The notes beneath the pieces were generated by a model. That model was not told where the DNA came from. It worked only from the letters and a program-made list of their open reading frames with translations, and did not search any database. From IMG/VR virus record IMGVR_UViG_3300031586_000003, positions 1 to 54,571 of that record: 54,571 nt of DNA, one strand, 5' to 3'. The position numbers and the translations under genes are program-made. Within the stretch, counting starts at the first letter, position 1; each line of letters starts with the position of its first letter. Source of the stretch: a virus. Its lineage: Duplodnaviria > Caudoviricetes. Positions 1 to 8,531 of the stretch are shown here, piece by piece.

Positions 1-127
1 TATCTATAGTAGATGCAACCCCAGTTCCTCCTCCGTTGCAGTAAATAAACGATGTGGCAGTTCCAAGACTTGCACCAGTAGCCGCAGACAATTCCAGTTC
101 TAATGGTGCATAGTTTCCTTGAGTAGT
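1..127. repeat. Terminal overlap copy 1 (circular assembly overlap, 127 bp)
   Basis: 1-127 is identical to 54445-54571; 127 bp is a typical assembler k-mer; an ORF reads in frame through the junction. Confidence 0.95.
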
Positions 128-571
128 CCCAGCGGATAACGTCATCTCCGCACAGAAGGCAGAACCCAATCCATTCGTCCTACCGCTAGCTCCATATGTC
201 ACCTCAGCTTTCAAGGCATTTGACCAGCCTCCCAATGCAACATCGGTAGTCATATAAAATCTCGCACGACCCCCAACTCCACCTATCCCCGCCATAGTGC
301 TTTCCATTAAAAATGGCTCAACACTTACAGAGGAGCTAATAGATGCAGAGCTTGCATAAAGGTATTGTCGGGCATTCCCAACATCACAAAGCATGTAATT
401 GGTAGAACCCAAGAACACTTTGAAGTCTATGTCATTGGTCGCACTACCTACTGTTACCGCATCATCTCCTATTGTTAAAATGTTATACAGAGCTAGAGGT
501 CTTACTGATAGTGCTTCGTGGAATATCAGGTCGCCTCCGCTCCAATGTGAACGTACATTTGTTACTGGCAC
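1..571 (-). CDS. Virion structural protein, N-terminal part (about 240 aa total, continues across the junction to 54293)
   Basis: GTG at 571 with GGAGGA RBS at 580-585; reads MPVTNVRSHWSGGDLIF... open to position 1 and in frame with ORF 54293-54535; G/S/T-rich; lies in the capsid operon. Confidence 0.8.
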   Translation of the reverse strand, partial: MPVTNVRSHWSGGDLIFHEALSVRPLALYNILTIGDDAVTVGSATNDIDFKVFLGSTNYMLCDVGNARQYLYASSASISSSVSVEPFLMESTMAGIGGVGGRARFYMTTDVALGGWSNALKAEVTYGASGRTNGLGSAFCAEMTLSAGTTQGNYAPLELELSAATGASLGTATSFIYCNGGGTGVASTID

Positions 572-619
572 TTAAATCATCCTCCATACGCTTTTAGCGT
601 TTAAGCGGTGGTTCCGCTT

Positions 620-808
620 TTATTTTTGTAGTCTCGGCTCCCTTACCATCTTGTCGCGAGGAGGAGAGCCGAGATTTTTCATGTAATCGTCTTTCTTAGC
701 CCTCATCGCCTTGTGAGCAATGATAAGCTCAAACCCCTCATCGTCAGGAAGCTCCAAGACGCTCCCTTTGCGGTAGTTATGCCAATCTCTAGTGAGTCTT
801 ATGAACAT
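620..808 (-). CDS. Small capsid-operon protein, ribosomal L9 N-domain-like
   Basis: MFIRLTRDWHNYRKGSVLELPDDEGFELI; ATG at 808; paralogous to 789-944. Confidence 0.55.
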   Translation of the reverse strand: MFIRLTRDWHNYRKGSVLELPDDEGFELIIAHKAMRAKKDDYMKNLGSPPRDKMVREPRLQK

Positions 809-944
809 TTCTCTTCCTGGGTGTTGCCTTCTCAAAAGGCTTGGCTATCTTCCTCGCAATCAGATCCTGGGCTGCCCTATCTATCAAATCCAAGACAGCC
901 CCCTTTTTATTCCCTAGCCATTCCTGTAAAAGTTTGATTTTCAA
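789..944 (-). CDS. Small capsid-operon protein (51 aa, not in ORF track), L9 N-domain-like
   Basis: TTG at 944 after GGAG RBS: MKIKLLQEWLGNKKGAVLDLIDRAAQDLIARKIAKPF... Confidence 0.6.
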   Translation of the reverse strand: MKIKLLQEWLGNKKGAVLDLIDRAAQDLIARKIAKPFEKATPRKRNVHKTH

Positions 945-953
945 CTCTTACTC

Positions 954-1460
954 CTAATCAGTTATTGCAGTGGGCCCAGCCGCATCTGCGAAGCGAGGTT
1001 TGCTTAATATGCAAATAATACTCATCTGAGTAGCCTCGCCAGCCCATACCATCCCCAAGCGAACTGTGTCATACGGGTTGGCCGCAGTCGGGGCCAGGTC
1101 AGCAGCGTCTATCTCCACAACGAGAAAACCGCCACCCGTGCCAATATCCTCAGTATTACTTGCTCCCAGGGATACTCCTGTAACTGCCAGGGCAGTCAAC
1201 GCCCCCAGCGTATCTGCTGTGGCGTCCAATTCCGCCCGATACCGACAGGCAAAAGCGGTGTCGCAAGTGGTCACGTCCTCGCCTTTGTAAGCGATGAGGT
1301 TTGTAGTCGTTGCCGCATCGGTATGGCATGTCCCAAAGCTGATTATGAAAGTGGCGTGGTCGTAGTTCTTCATACTGACAATATCAGTGGCCACCGTTGC
1401 GCCAGTAGCATCTTTCGATGGATATGCATTTACAATCTTATTTCTTTCTGAGAAAATCAT
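954..1460 (-). CDS. Putative capsid decoration/structural protein
   Basis: 168 aa, A/T-rich beta-type sequence directly downstream of the major capsid gene; GAGGTG RBS. Confidence 0.6.
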   Translation of the reverse strand: MIFSERNKIVNAYPSKDATGATVATDIVSMKNYDHATFIISFGTCHTDAATTTNLIAYKGEDVTTCDTAFACRYRAELDATADTLGALTALAVTGVSLGASNTEDIGTGGGFLVVEIDAADLAPTAANPYDTVRLGMVWAGEATQMSIICILSKPRFADAAGPTAITD

Positions 1461-1485
1461 CTTATCTCACCTCTCTATTTCAGGA

Positions 1486-1507
1486 TGGGGAGGGAAAGCC
1501 CTCCCCA
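1486..1507 (-). terminator. GC-rich hairpin after the major capsid gene
   Basis: TGGGGAGGG-CTTT-CCCTCCCCA perfect 9-bp stem; no U-run, so stabiliser or weak terminator. Confidence 0.5.
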
Positions 1508-1515
1508 AATTATCA

Positions 1516-2739
1516 CTATCTTGCGTCCAAACATATAAATGGGCTCAAGTCATCACTGGAATACCTCGGAGTTACCGCCGAAGGTAACCAGGGCTGCCCA
1601 TCCACTCTGAAAGTAAATCTGAACGCTGTTTGATCATAGTCAAACTTCAAGTGCATGGAGGAATCGGCCTTAATCCCTCTTCCCTTTTTCTGTCCCAAGA
1701 GATATTGAGAAAAATCAGCTAAGAAAATATCCCCCTTGTCTCCTACCGTCTGGCAATGCTCCGTGAAGATTAAGGGTCTCCCCATAAGTGTTTTATAGGG
1801 TTGACCTGAAGCTCCGCCGGCAGGAAGATAGACAGGCACTCCACCAGTCCCTACCGCTATACTCATACTGGCAAGCTGCGGGAACGTGTCCTTATTGGCC
1901 AAGTAGACAGCTTTGCCCTCGGATTCGGGAAGCAAGCGAGCCTCCATCTTCACGATATTCTCGTAAACTATGGTATCAGCCGCCTGTCCAGTCTCCTTGG
2001 TTATGCTTACCAAAGCAGTAGCATTTAATATTCCCTTAGGCTGTGCCGCTCCAGTCCCGTTAAGAAGCATATTGTCCATTGTCCAGGCAAAAGCGTCACT
2101 GAAGCAAGCCGTCAAAAGGGGCTCTAAACTGATGGGCGAATCCTCCAATATCTGATTAGAGGTATAGGCCAGCCCTGCCAGCTCATGCAAGGTCAAAGTG
2201 ACCTGTCCGAACTTGGGCTTGGATTCAGTCTTAACCGCTTCCTCCCCTACCCAGTAGAGCATTATTGCTCCGTGGACATATCCAGAGCTTCTGTCAACCG
2301 CCTTAACGTAAGGCATGGTGATAGAATTCACGGACATAGGAACGTCCATGCACCGACCCATAAGGTTCGACTTCTCCTCAGCCAGCTTCAATAGTTGAGC
2401 GCGAAACTCAACCGGAATCAAGAAGCCGCCCTCGCTGTCAGTCCCAGCAGTCAGCCCATCTCCTGCGGCTTTCACCTCAAGAGCAACCAATCTTTTGTCT
2501 ATATTCCTCGGGTTTACCTCGGCTCTGGAAACTGCCTGAGCATACTCGGCAAAGTTGTAGAATCCACCTTTGGGGTCTCCCTCCTCGGTGGGGTCAATTA
2601 GTTTCTTATCTACGGGCTTCTTGAGTTCCTCAAGCTGTTTCTCCATGCTCTCGATGAATTTCTTATTCTCCTCGGTCAGGTTCTTGGTCGCCTCGGTTAT
2701 AGAATCATTTATCAATTTTGTGAGTTCATCTGTAGTCAT
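1516..2739 (-). CDS. HK97-fold major capsid protein
   Basis: N-terminal coiled-coil delta domain, GGFLIPVEF, WVGEE, TLMGRPLI, FRFTFRVDG motifs; GGGAGGTG RBS favours ATG at 2739. Confidence 0.95.
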   Translation of the reverse strand: MTTDELTKLINDSITEATKNLTEENKKFIESMEKQLEELKKPVDKKLIDPTEEGDPKGGFYNFAEYAQAVSRAEVNPRNIDKRLVALEVKAAGDGLTAGTDSEGGFLIPVEFRAQLLKLAEEKSNLMGRCMDVPMSVNSITMPYVKAVDRSSGYVHGAIMLYWVGEEAVKTESKPKFGQVTLTLHELAGLAYTSNQILEDSPISLEPLLTACFSDAFAWTMDNMLLNGTGAAQPKGILNATALVSITKETGQAADTIVYENIVKMEARLLPESEGKAVYLANKDTFPQLASMSIAVGTGGVPVYLPAGGASGQPYKTLMGRPLIFTEHCQTVGDKGDIFLADFSQYLLGQKKGRGIKADSSMHLKFDYDQTAFRFTFRVDGQPWLPSAVTPRYSSDDLSPFICLDAR

Positions 2740-3037
2740 CTTAGTTGTCACCTCCCGTGACATACTAGGAAGGACAACCATCGCTACTTTCTGGCATCTC
2801 TGGTATTGTGTTCACCGCCTGGCTTGCCAGCCTCCAGCGATTACTATGCTTTACCTGATACCTCTAATTTCGGAATAGTCGCTTTCCCGTTATCCCCTTT
2901 TTTTCAAAGAGCGGTTTTCCTTAGTGGAGGTGGAGAGAATTGCACTCTCGTCCTCGGCAGACGCTTCGGCCTTTCTCCGAGTCGACCTTTTTCACCCCCG
3001 ATTATGGTTCAGGCCATAAACATTGCTGTTCTCTCAT

Positions 3038-4873
3038 TTATTCCACCTTCCCACGTGCCTTATCTATCATCTTCCTGGTCTTTTCTTGCTCTTCAATCAT
3101 CTTGGCAAAATGCGTCTGTAAACTATTCTTAACTATATCCTGAACGTTTTGTTCGTTTAAATTGACTTTTTTATCCGTCTGTTTAGGACTTTCTTTAATT
3201 AAATCTAAATCGACCTCTTCTGCTTTCGGGGGTTCAGTCGCTGTCAAGAGAGTTTTTAGAGGGGGTATAGCAGCTTCCATACTAGCCAGACAGTCCTGAA
3301 TGAGCTTGCGGTTCTTCGAGGAGAGGACACGGCCTTCCTTGAGGGATTTGAGCTCCTCTTCTATCTTGTTTAACTGCTCGGTCGTTCTGTCGAATAGCTC
3401 TCTTGTGATTTGTTGTTCTCTTTCGGTTTGCTTCAGTTCTTCCTTTGTTAGTATATTAACTTCTACGTCCCATTTTTTACAGAACTCAGTAACATCTTCG
3501 TAAGTAGGGTCGCTCTCATATAGCTCTTTCCACGCTTTTTCTAGTTTACTTTTGTCTGAGGAATTGAGTGGATTTTTCAGCTTTATAACTGCATTATCCA
3601 GTTGAATCTCTAATTCGTTCTCTTCCAACTCAACCACCTCCCCGTTGCCGTATATATCCTCCCTTTCATCCTTTAGGAAATCAAAGCTATTTAGATTATC
3701 CGTTGATTCCTGCCCTGGCCCTGGCCTTCCTACACGGCGCATAGTCCCCCCGCACTTAGGGCATTTTAAGTCCTTACAGTGCTTGTCGGAGGTTAGTTTG
3801 TGACCACACTTAATACATTCGCAGTTATATTTTGCCTTCTCATCCCAATCCTTATAATATTCCTCTCCACCATATAAAACTGCTATACCTTCCTTGTCGG
3901 TGAGAGTGTTTACAGTTTCATAAATCTTAACTTCCTTCCCGTGCTCCTCTACCCACTTCTTCGCCTTCGCCATCGTCCAGTTATAAGGAGCTTTCTTGCT
4001 GAATATGTAAGTCCGAATTTTCTTTATTTTTCCGCAGTAAAGAGCCGTTATCCCCTGCTTTTCTGATATGGTGATAGTAGCCGTCACCTTGCAGTCTCTC
4101 ACGGGAATACGGATCTGGTCGTCGGTCTCCTCGGGTTTGGTGATTAAATCGCTTGAATTGTAAACAACATTATCATAGTCATTATCTAATCCCTCAATAG
4201 CACACTCATCACCAATACACTCAATAATTTCTTCCTTCAGCTTCTCCGATTTTATCAGCCCCTTCGCCACCATCTCGGTCAGGGCCTCGCGGTTGGAGGG
4301 GATCATAACCCCCGAATATTCTAACAATTCCCATTTTGTATATTTGCGTCTGGGTCTAATGTCAGCTTCTCCTTCTTTAGCTTCACCTTTCCTCTCGAGC
4401 TCTTCCCACTTCAAAGGAATGAAACCAATACTCCAACTATTCAGCGCTGGGCCAGTACCAGCAACATCATCAGTAAACATATGATAAAGCTCTTCATTGA
4501 TAGCAGGACGTTTAAGAAATATCGTCTTTGCTAAAAGCCCCCTTTTACCGTTTTTAGTAGCTTTTTTAATCCACATACTCTTGCCCATAGGGAGTCCTCG
4601 ATAATCATGTCCATAAGGAACAGTCTTATTGTAGTGTTTAAGAATTGCTCCATCCGGGTCGATTATCTCATTATCCCTATCTACAGTTTCCATATTGATG
4701 AAACTAATCACTGCCCTTTCCTTCTCAACCGTCTCAATCTTCTCACTTATGACTCCCTTCTTTATCAGCTCCAAATCCTCGATGTCGATATCGTGCTCTT
4801 TTGATAAAACCTCAGCCCGCTCGGGGTATAAGTCCTTGAGCTTGAGCCGCTCTGTCACAAAGTCCTTAGTCAT
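3038..4873 (-). CDS. HK97-family prohead protease with inserted domains and C-terminal coiled-coil scaffold
   Basis: VDRDNEII, YGHDY, SWSIGF, ELLEYSGVMIPSN motifs; internal CxC..CxxC Zn ribbon; KEGRVLSSKN scaffold-like tail. Confidence 0.9.
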   Translation of the reverse strand: MTKDFVTERLKLKDLYPERAEVLSKEHDIDIEDLELIKKGVISEKIETVEKERAVISFINMETVDRDNEIIDPDGAILKHYNKTVPYGHDYRGLPMGKSMWIKKATKNGKRGLLAKTIFLKRPAINEELYHMFTDDVAGTGPALNSWSIGFIPLKWEELERKGEAKEGEADIRPRRKYTKWELLEYSGVMIPSNREALTEMVAKGLIKSEKLKEEIIECIGDECAIEGLDNDYDNVVYNSSDLITKPEETDDQIRIPVRDCKVTATITISEKQGITALYCGKIKKIRTYIFSKKAPYNWTMAKAKKWVEEHGKEVKIYETVNTLTDKEGIAVLYGGEEYYKDWDEKAKYNCECIKCGHKLTSDKHCKDLKCPKCGGTMRRVGRPGPGQESTDNLNSFDFLKDEREDIYGNGEVVELEENELEIQLDNAVIKLKNPLNSSDKSKLEKAWKELYESDPTYEDVTEFCKKWDVEVNILTKEELKQTEREQQITRELFDRTTEQLNKIEEELKSLKEGRVLSSKNRKLIQDCLASMEAAIPPLKTLLTATEPPKAEEVDLDLIKESPKQTDKKVNLNEQNVQDIVKNSLQTHFAKMIEEQEKTRKMIDKARGKVE

Positions 4874-5118
4874 TTATTATCATCTCCATTAGATTGTTTT
4901 ATTATTAAAATCCTTCCATCTTGTAAATTAATATGACCATCTTCCTTACCATGTCCACAACAGGAGCCCCGCATATCAATTCCCCCTTCTTGGAGAGCTT
5001 TGACCAGTGAAGCGATACACGAATCAATTGCTTTCCATCTCCAATGAACTTTACCAGTTCGGTCGAGATCAGCGGGGATTTTAACCTTTAATAGTATGGT
5101 CTGACCCCATTTGCACAT
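4870..5118 (-). CDS. Hypothetical protein (IDSCIA...SCCGHG family)
   Basis: ORF track; overlaps the protease start. Confidence 0.6.
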   Translation of the reverse strand: MCKWGQTILLKVKIPADLDRTGKVHWRWKAIDSCIASLVKALQEGGIDMRGSCCGHGKEDGHINLQDGRILIIKQSNGDDNK

Positions 5119-5122
5119 AGAT

Positions 5123-5356
5123 TTAATCTAAGGTTGCGGGTTTTGCTAAACCATAGTTGTAGAAATAATGCCATACAATTTCTGCGTCTTTGCCAGTAAA
5201 TTCTACCCATTCATTAGCTCCACCAAACAGCACGTAAATAATAGGGTCTTCAGGGTGATATCCAGAGCTAACTCTCTTTCTCTTTTCAATATGCGACACT
5301 TTTTCAGGATCAATAAGAACCTCGTTGTCGCCTTGGGGGAATCTCACAAGTTTCAT
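5123..5356 (-). CDS. Hypothetical protein
   Basis: ORF with GGAGAGG RBS. Confidence 0.6.
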   Translation of the reverse strand: MKLVRFPQGDNEVLIDPEKVSHIEKRKRVSSGYHPEDPIIYVLFGGANEWVEFTGKDAEIVWHYFYNYGLAKPATLD

Positions 5357-5368
5357 AATCCTCTCCTG

Positions 5369-5542
5369 TTATTTTGGTGTATAATATTCGGATAACTCAC
5401 GGGAAAATTCCTCGGCAACTTGCACCCAGCCCAAACCACCACACCCGTGGCAGGTCACTTTATATCCTATGCTATAACTTCTTTCATCCCTAGGGAAAAT
5501 TGCGCCACCTCCATTGCATATTGGGCAAACTTCTGCGTGCAT
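5369..5542 (-). CDS. Small DnaJ-like zinc-finger protein (57 aa, not in ORF track)
   Basis: MHAEVCPICNGGG...TCHGCGGLGW; AAGGAG RBS. Confidence 0.65.
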   Translation of the reverse strand: MHAEVCPICNGGGAIFPRDERSYSIGYKVTCHGCGGLGWVQVAEEFSRELSEYYTPK

Positions 5543-5563
5543 TCTATTTCTCCTTTCTTATAA

Positions 5564-6138
5564 GGGGGCTGGCAGGATTTTTGCATACCTGCAATTCCCA
5601 GGATCACTGCATATCCATTTTCTTGATAGATAATGGATTACAAGGAAATACCCTCAACTGGAGTCCTCAGCATTTGCCATACCCCTCCAGCGAAGTACCT
5701 TAGCCCGTGATCAGGCTTGCCCATACGCTTCTCAAGAATAGATAATGCCTTTTTAGCCTTTTCCTTTTTGATTATTAGAAAAGGTAAAAGCGCTATCAAA
5801 ATTGTTTGCACTGCCTTTTGAGGATTAACAATCCAAAAATACATTGTTGTTTTGACTAATTTATTTTTGCTTCTGACTCTGACTAAACCTTTGCAAAATT
5901 TTTCACTCATCCAGTCAAGCATTTCTCTATTTGAATTGTAAATTTCCATTCGGCAACGAGGGTTATTTGGTCTCCTATAATGTTCTTGAATAACAATACT
6001 ACCCTCTCCGTCCAAAATGCCTGCGGTATAAGCCAATTCTGCTTCGGTTAGTTTTGGTAATGTGTATTCTTCGAACTCTCCAGCTTTTGGCATTATTCCT
6101 CCTCAAAAAGCGTATGGGGGTTTTTCAGTCACAGCCCC
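5564..6138 (-). ncRNA. tRNA-like element A enclosing a LAGLIDADG ORF
   Basis: 5' GGGGCTG-TG-ACTG (6138-6126) ... CAGT ... GCAGG-TATGCAAAAAT-CCTGC-CAGCCCC (5592-5565); 17-bp stem 6118-6102/5736-5720 loops out most of the ORF. Confidence 0.7.
5638..6093 (-). CDS. Single-motif LAGLIDADG homing endonuclease
   Basis: LAYTAGILDGEGSI motif, LLPFLIIKKEKA C-terminal signature; GAGGAGG RBS. Confidence 0.9.
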   Translation of the reverse strand: MPKAGEFEEYTLPKLTEAELAYTAGILDGEGSIVIQEHYRRPNNPRCRMEIYNSNREMLDWMSEKFCKGLVRVRSKNKLVKTTMYFWIVNPQKAVQTILIALLPFLIIKKEKAKKALSILEKRMGKPDHGLRYFAGGVWQMLRTPVEGISL

Positions 6139-6493
6139 AAATTGTCAAATGATAATTGCTATTTTTTCAGTTATGAACCACACGCCAAATCTTGGCCGGC
6201 AGTCATAAACATCCAACTGAACACCCAAAACATCAAATAATTGCAATTGAATATGAAAGCATCTCCTAAGGTGCAGCCAAAACCTAATCTTGGGTTTATC
6301 GATATAAATATCCATTCTAGTCTTTAAGTAAGTCCTTAATCAACATTATCCCTGCCATACCAGATAAAACCATTAAAATTCCAATACCCATTAAAAGAAA
6401 CTGTTTATATCCTGCTCCAAAAAGACTTAAAGCTAGACCTATTACTGTAACCCAGAAACAAAGCGCTGCCTTCTTAGTCATATACTTCTCCTT

Positions 6494-7075
6494 TTATTCA
6501 ATCAAAATCGGTATTAAAATAAATGATACCTTCCTATGCACTTCCCTGTGGCAAGTCTGGCATAGTGTAATACCATTATTAGTATCATATCTTAACTCAG
6601 GAAAATCCTTGAATGACTTGATATGATGAGCATTTAAATTACCGCCTTTGTCGTCCCCACAGAGTTGGCAAGTATAGCTATCTCGCTCATATACGGCTTC
6701 ACGCCATTGTCTATACTCTGAGCGACTCCAAGCTCTCTTATAAAGAATAGTCAACCCATGTTTGAATTGAGGACTTAAAGAGCCAACCTTGCCAAACATC
6801 GGATTTTTATTGCCAATCATCTGTTCAGCTTGTTTCTTTATTGATGGATGAGTGCGCTTATTTAATCCCTTACTCCAAGTAGGTTTACCTCGTCGATTGG
6901 GTAGTCCAAATTGCCTTACTTTCTCGTTTGCCTTCTGAGTAATACTAAATTTATCTCTTATCCCATTAGCATATTCATAATTCATTTGACATTCACCATT
7001 ACAATAATTCCGTCCCTTTGCCCGACAGGGTCTTCGTTCAAGTTCATTACCACAATAAGCACAATTTACTTTCAT
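6494..7075 (-). CDS. HNH homing endonuclease with Zn finger and NUMOD3-like motifs
   Basis: CAYCG..C..C, GNKNPMFGK, WREAVYERDSYTCQLCG...AHHIK...NGITLCQTCH. Confidence 0.9.
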   Translation of the reverse strand: MKVNCAYCGNELERRPCRAKGRNYCNGECQMNYEYANGIRDKFSITQKANEKVRQFGLPNRRGKPTWSKGLNKRTHPSIKKQAEQMIGNKNPMFGKVGSLSPQFKHGLTILYKRAWSRSEYRQWREAVYERDSYTCQLCGDDKGGNLNAHHIKSFKDFPELRYDTNNGITLCQTCHREVHRKVSFILIPILIE

Positions 7076-7085
7076 ATTTCCTCAC

Positions 7086-8066
7086 TCATTCTATCAAAAT
7101 GGCTATCAGACTGCATCTGCACGATGGGTGCAACGGAGGATATGGCATCTCGCCCTCTGTATAATCAAAATTCATATCTATATCCGATACATCGAAAGAC
7201 TGGCCCAGCTTTGCTGTTCTCGGCTTACCTGAAGTCTTACCGCCCATTTCTTCGCAAGACGTGCAAGTCCTCTCATCGAAGGCAGTTAGCCACTCCTTCC
7301 CTTCCACTACCCCTGATTGTATATAAGCCTCCTCTGCGCCAAAATTGCTTGCTCGTATTGTCTCAGTGCGGGCGATCATGGTTGACCTTTGCCTATCGGC
7401 AAAATCAAATACCTTACTTACTCGCTTCCTTAAGTGAGGAATGCTCTCCCCTTCTCCTATTCCTTCCTGTAGGGTTTTCTTTAGGCTGTCTACAGTAGCT
7501 TTATTTACTTCCTCAGAGTATTTCTTAATAAACTTCTTCTGGAATTGAACCGCTGCGGGTGATGAAATATCAAAATCAATCCCTACCGCTAAATCTGCTA
7601 GCGTAGATACTCCTACGCTCTCCATAACCCCACCGATAAAGGGTTTCCCTTCCTTGCCGAACCGCTCAACCCACAGCTTCTCATTGAACAGCCAATCCTC
7701 TTCCCAGCCCTTCTTGACGGCTTTAGGAGAATGCTTCATGTTAGCGAGGACTTCCTTCTCCTGCTTGCCGAACAGCTCCTTGAGCTTAGTAATGAATTTG
7801 CGCTCATAGGGGGATTGGCGCTTTATGAAGAGCTGCCATTTTTGCTCTCGCAGTTTTTCGTCGTTTTTTGGAGACCCCGGAGATCCTGGTATTGAATTTC
7901 CCTCTCGTGATTTTCCGTCATTAATTGGACTGTCTCCAATCTTCTCGGCTATTTCTCTAGCGACATCCTTAACCAAGTCCTTAAACTCCTCTTTTTCCTT
8001 TATCAAAAAGACTATTTCATCAGCTATTTGCTCAATTACTTTATCGGTGAAAAAATTCGCTATCAA
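7086..8066 (-). CDS. Head morphogenesis protein (Mu gpF/SPP1 gp7 family)
   Basis: IARTET, KEWLTAFDERTC, PPLHPSCRC motifs. Confidence 0.92.
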   Translation of the reverse strand: MIANFFTDKVIEQIADEIVFLIKEKEEFKDLVKDVAREIAEKIGDSPINDGKSREGNSIPGSPGSPKNDEKLREQKWQLFIKRQSPYERKFITKLKELFGKQEKEVLANMKHSPKAVKKGWEEDWLFNEKLWVERFGKEGKPFIGGVMESVGVSTLADLAVGIDFDISSPAAVQFQKKFIKKYSEEVNKATVDSLKKTLQEGIGEGESIPHLRKRVSKVFDFADRQRSTMIARTETIRASNFGAEEAYIQSGVVEGKEWLTAFDERTCTSCEEMGGKTSGKPRTAKLGQSFDVSDIDMNFDYTEGEMPYPPLHPSCRCSLIAILIE

Positions 8067-8288
8067 TTCTTACCTCTCAAATCTTTCATCTAATAACATT
8101 TATCTCCTCATTAATGGCAATTTTCCGCAAAAAAGGTCTCTAGCTTCTCTATAGAAATTGCCGACTCATTTATCAAGAACAGGATAATCTACCTTTTTAC
8201 CAAGGACATAGTTATGAATTTCGTGAGAACAAAATGCAGATTCGTTGTGTTCTTCCAAAAATTCAATGAATTTACTTACTAGATTCAT

Positions 8289-8531
8289 CTAAATTCTCCT
8301 CTCTATTTTATTCATTGATTCTAAGCCCAATTCATCCTGAAAATTCCCAAACAACCATTTGGTAACAAAAAACGTCCCATCTTTTCTGCAGTCTAGTACG
8401 AATTTCATCGAACAGCGCGGACACACAATATCCTTTCTATCAACCCTATAAACCACAAATCTCCTTTTACACCTCGGACAAAACATTTTAATCTTCACGC
8501 TTTTCCTCCCTTCATTTAATTGCTTTTTCAT
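8289..8531 (-). CDS. Zinc-ribbon protein
   Basis: CPRC...CPRC. Confidence 0.6.
   Translation of the reverse strand: MKKQLNEGRKSVKIKMFCPRCKRRFVVYRVDRKDIVCPRCSMKFVLDCRKDGTFFVTKWLFGNFQDELGLESMNKIERRI

Noticed and set aside
5565-5580. attP site derived from a tRNA 3' end
   Set aside because: No integrase gene seen, and the 3' segments have covarying 5' partners, favouring RNA structure
5564-6138. Standard group I intron or archaeal BHB intron around the LAGLIDADG ORF
   Set aside because: No convincing P7/J8-7 core or interrupted host gene could be found by eye, and host signals are bacterial; not formally excluded without a covariance-model search
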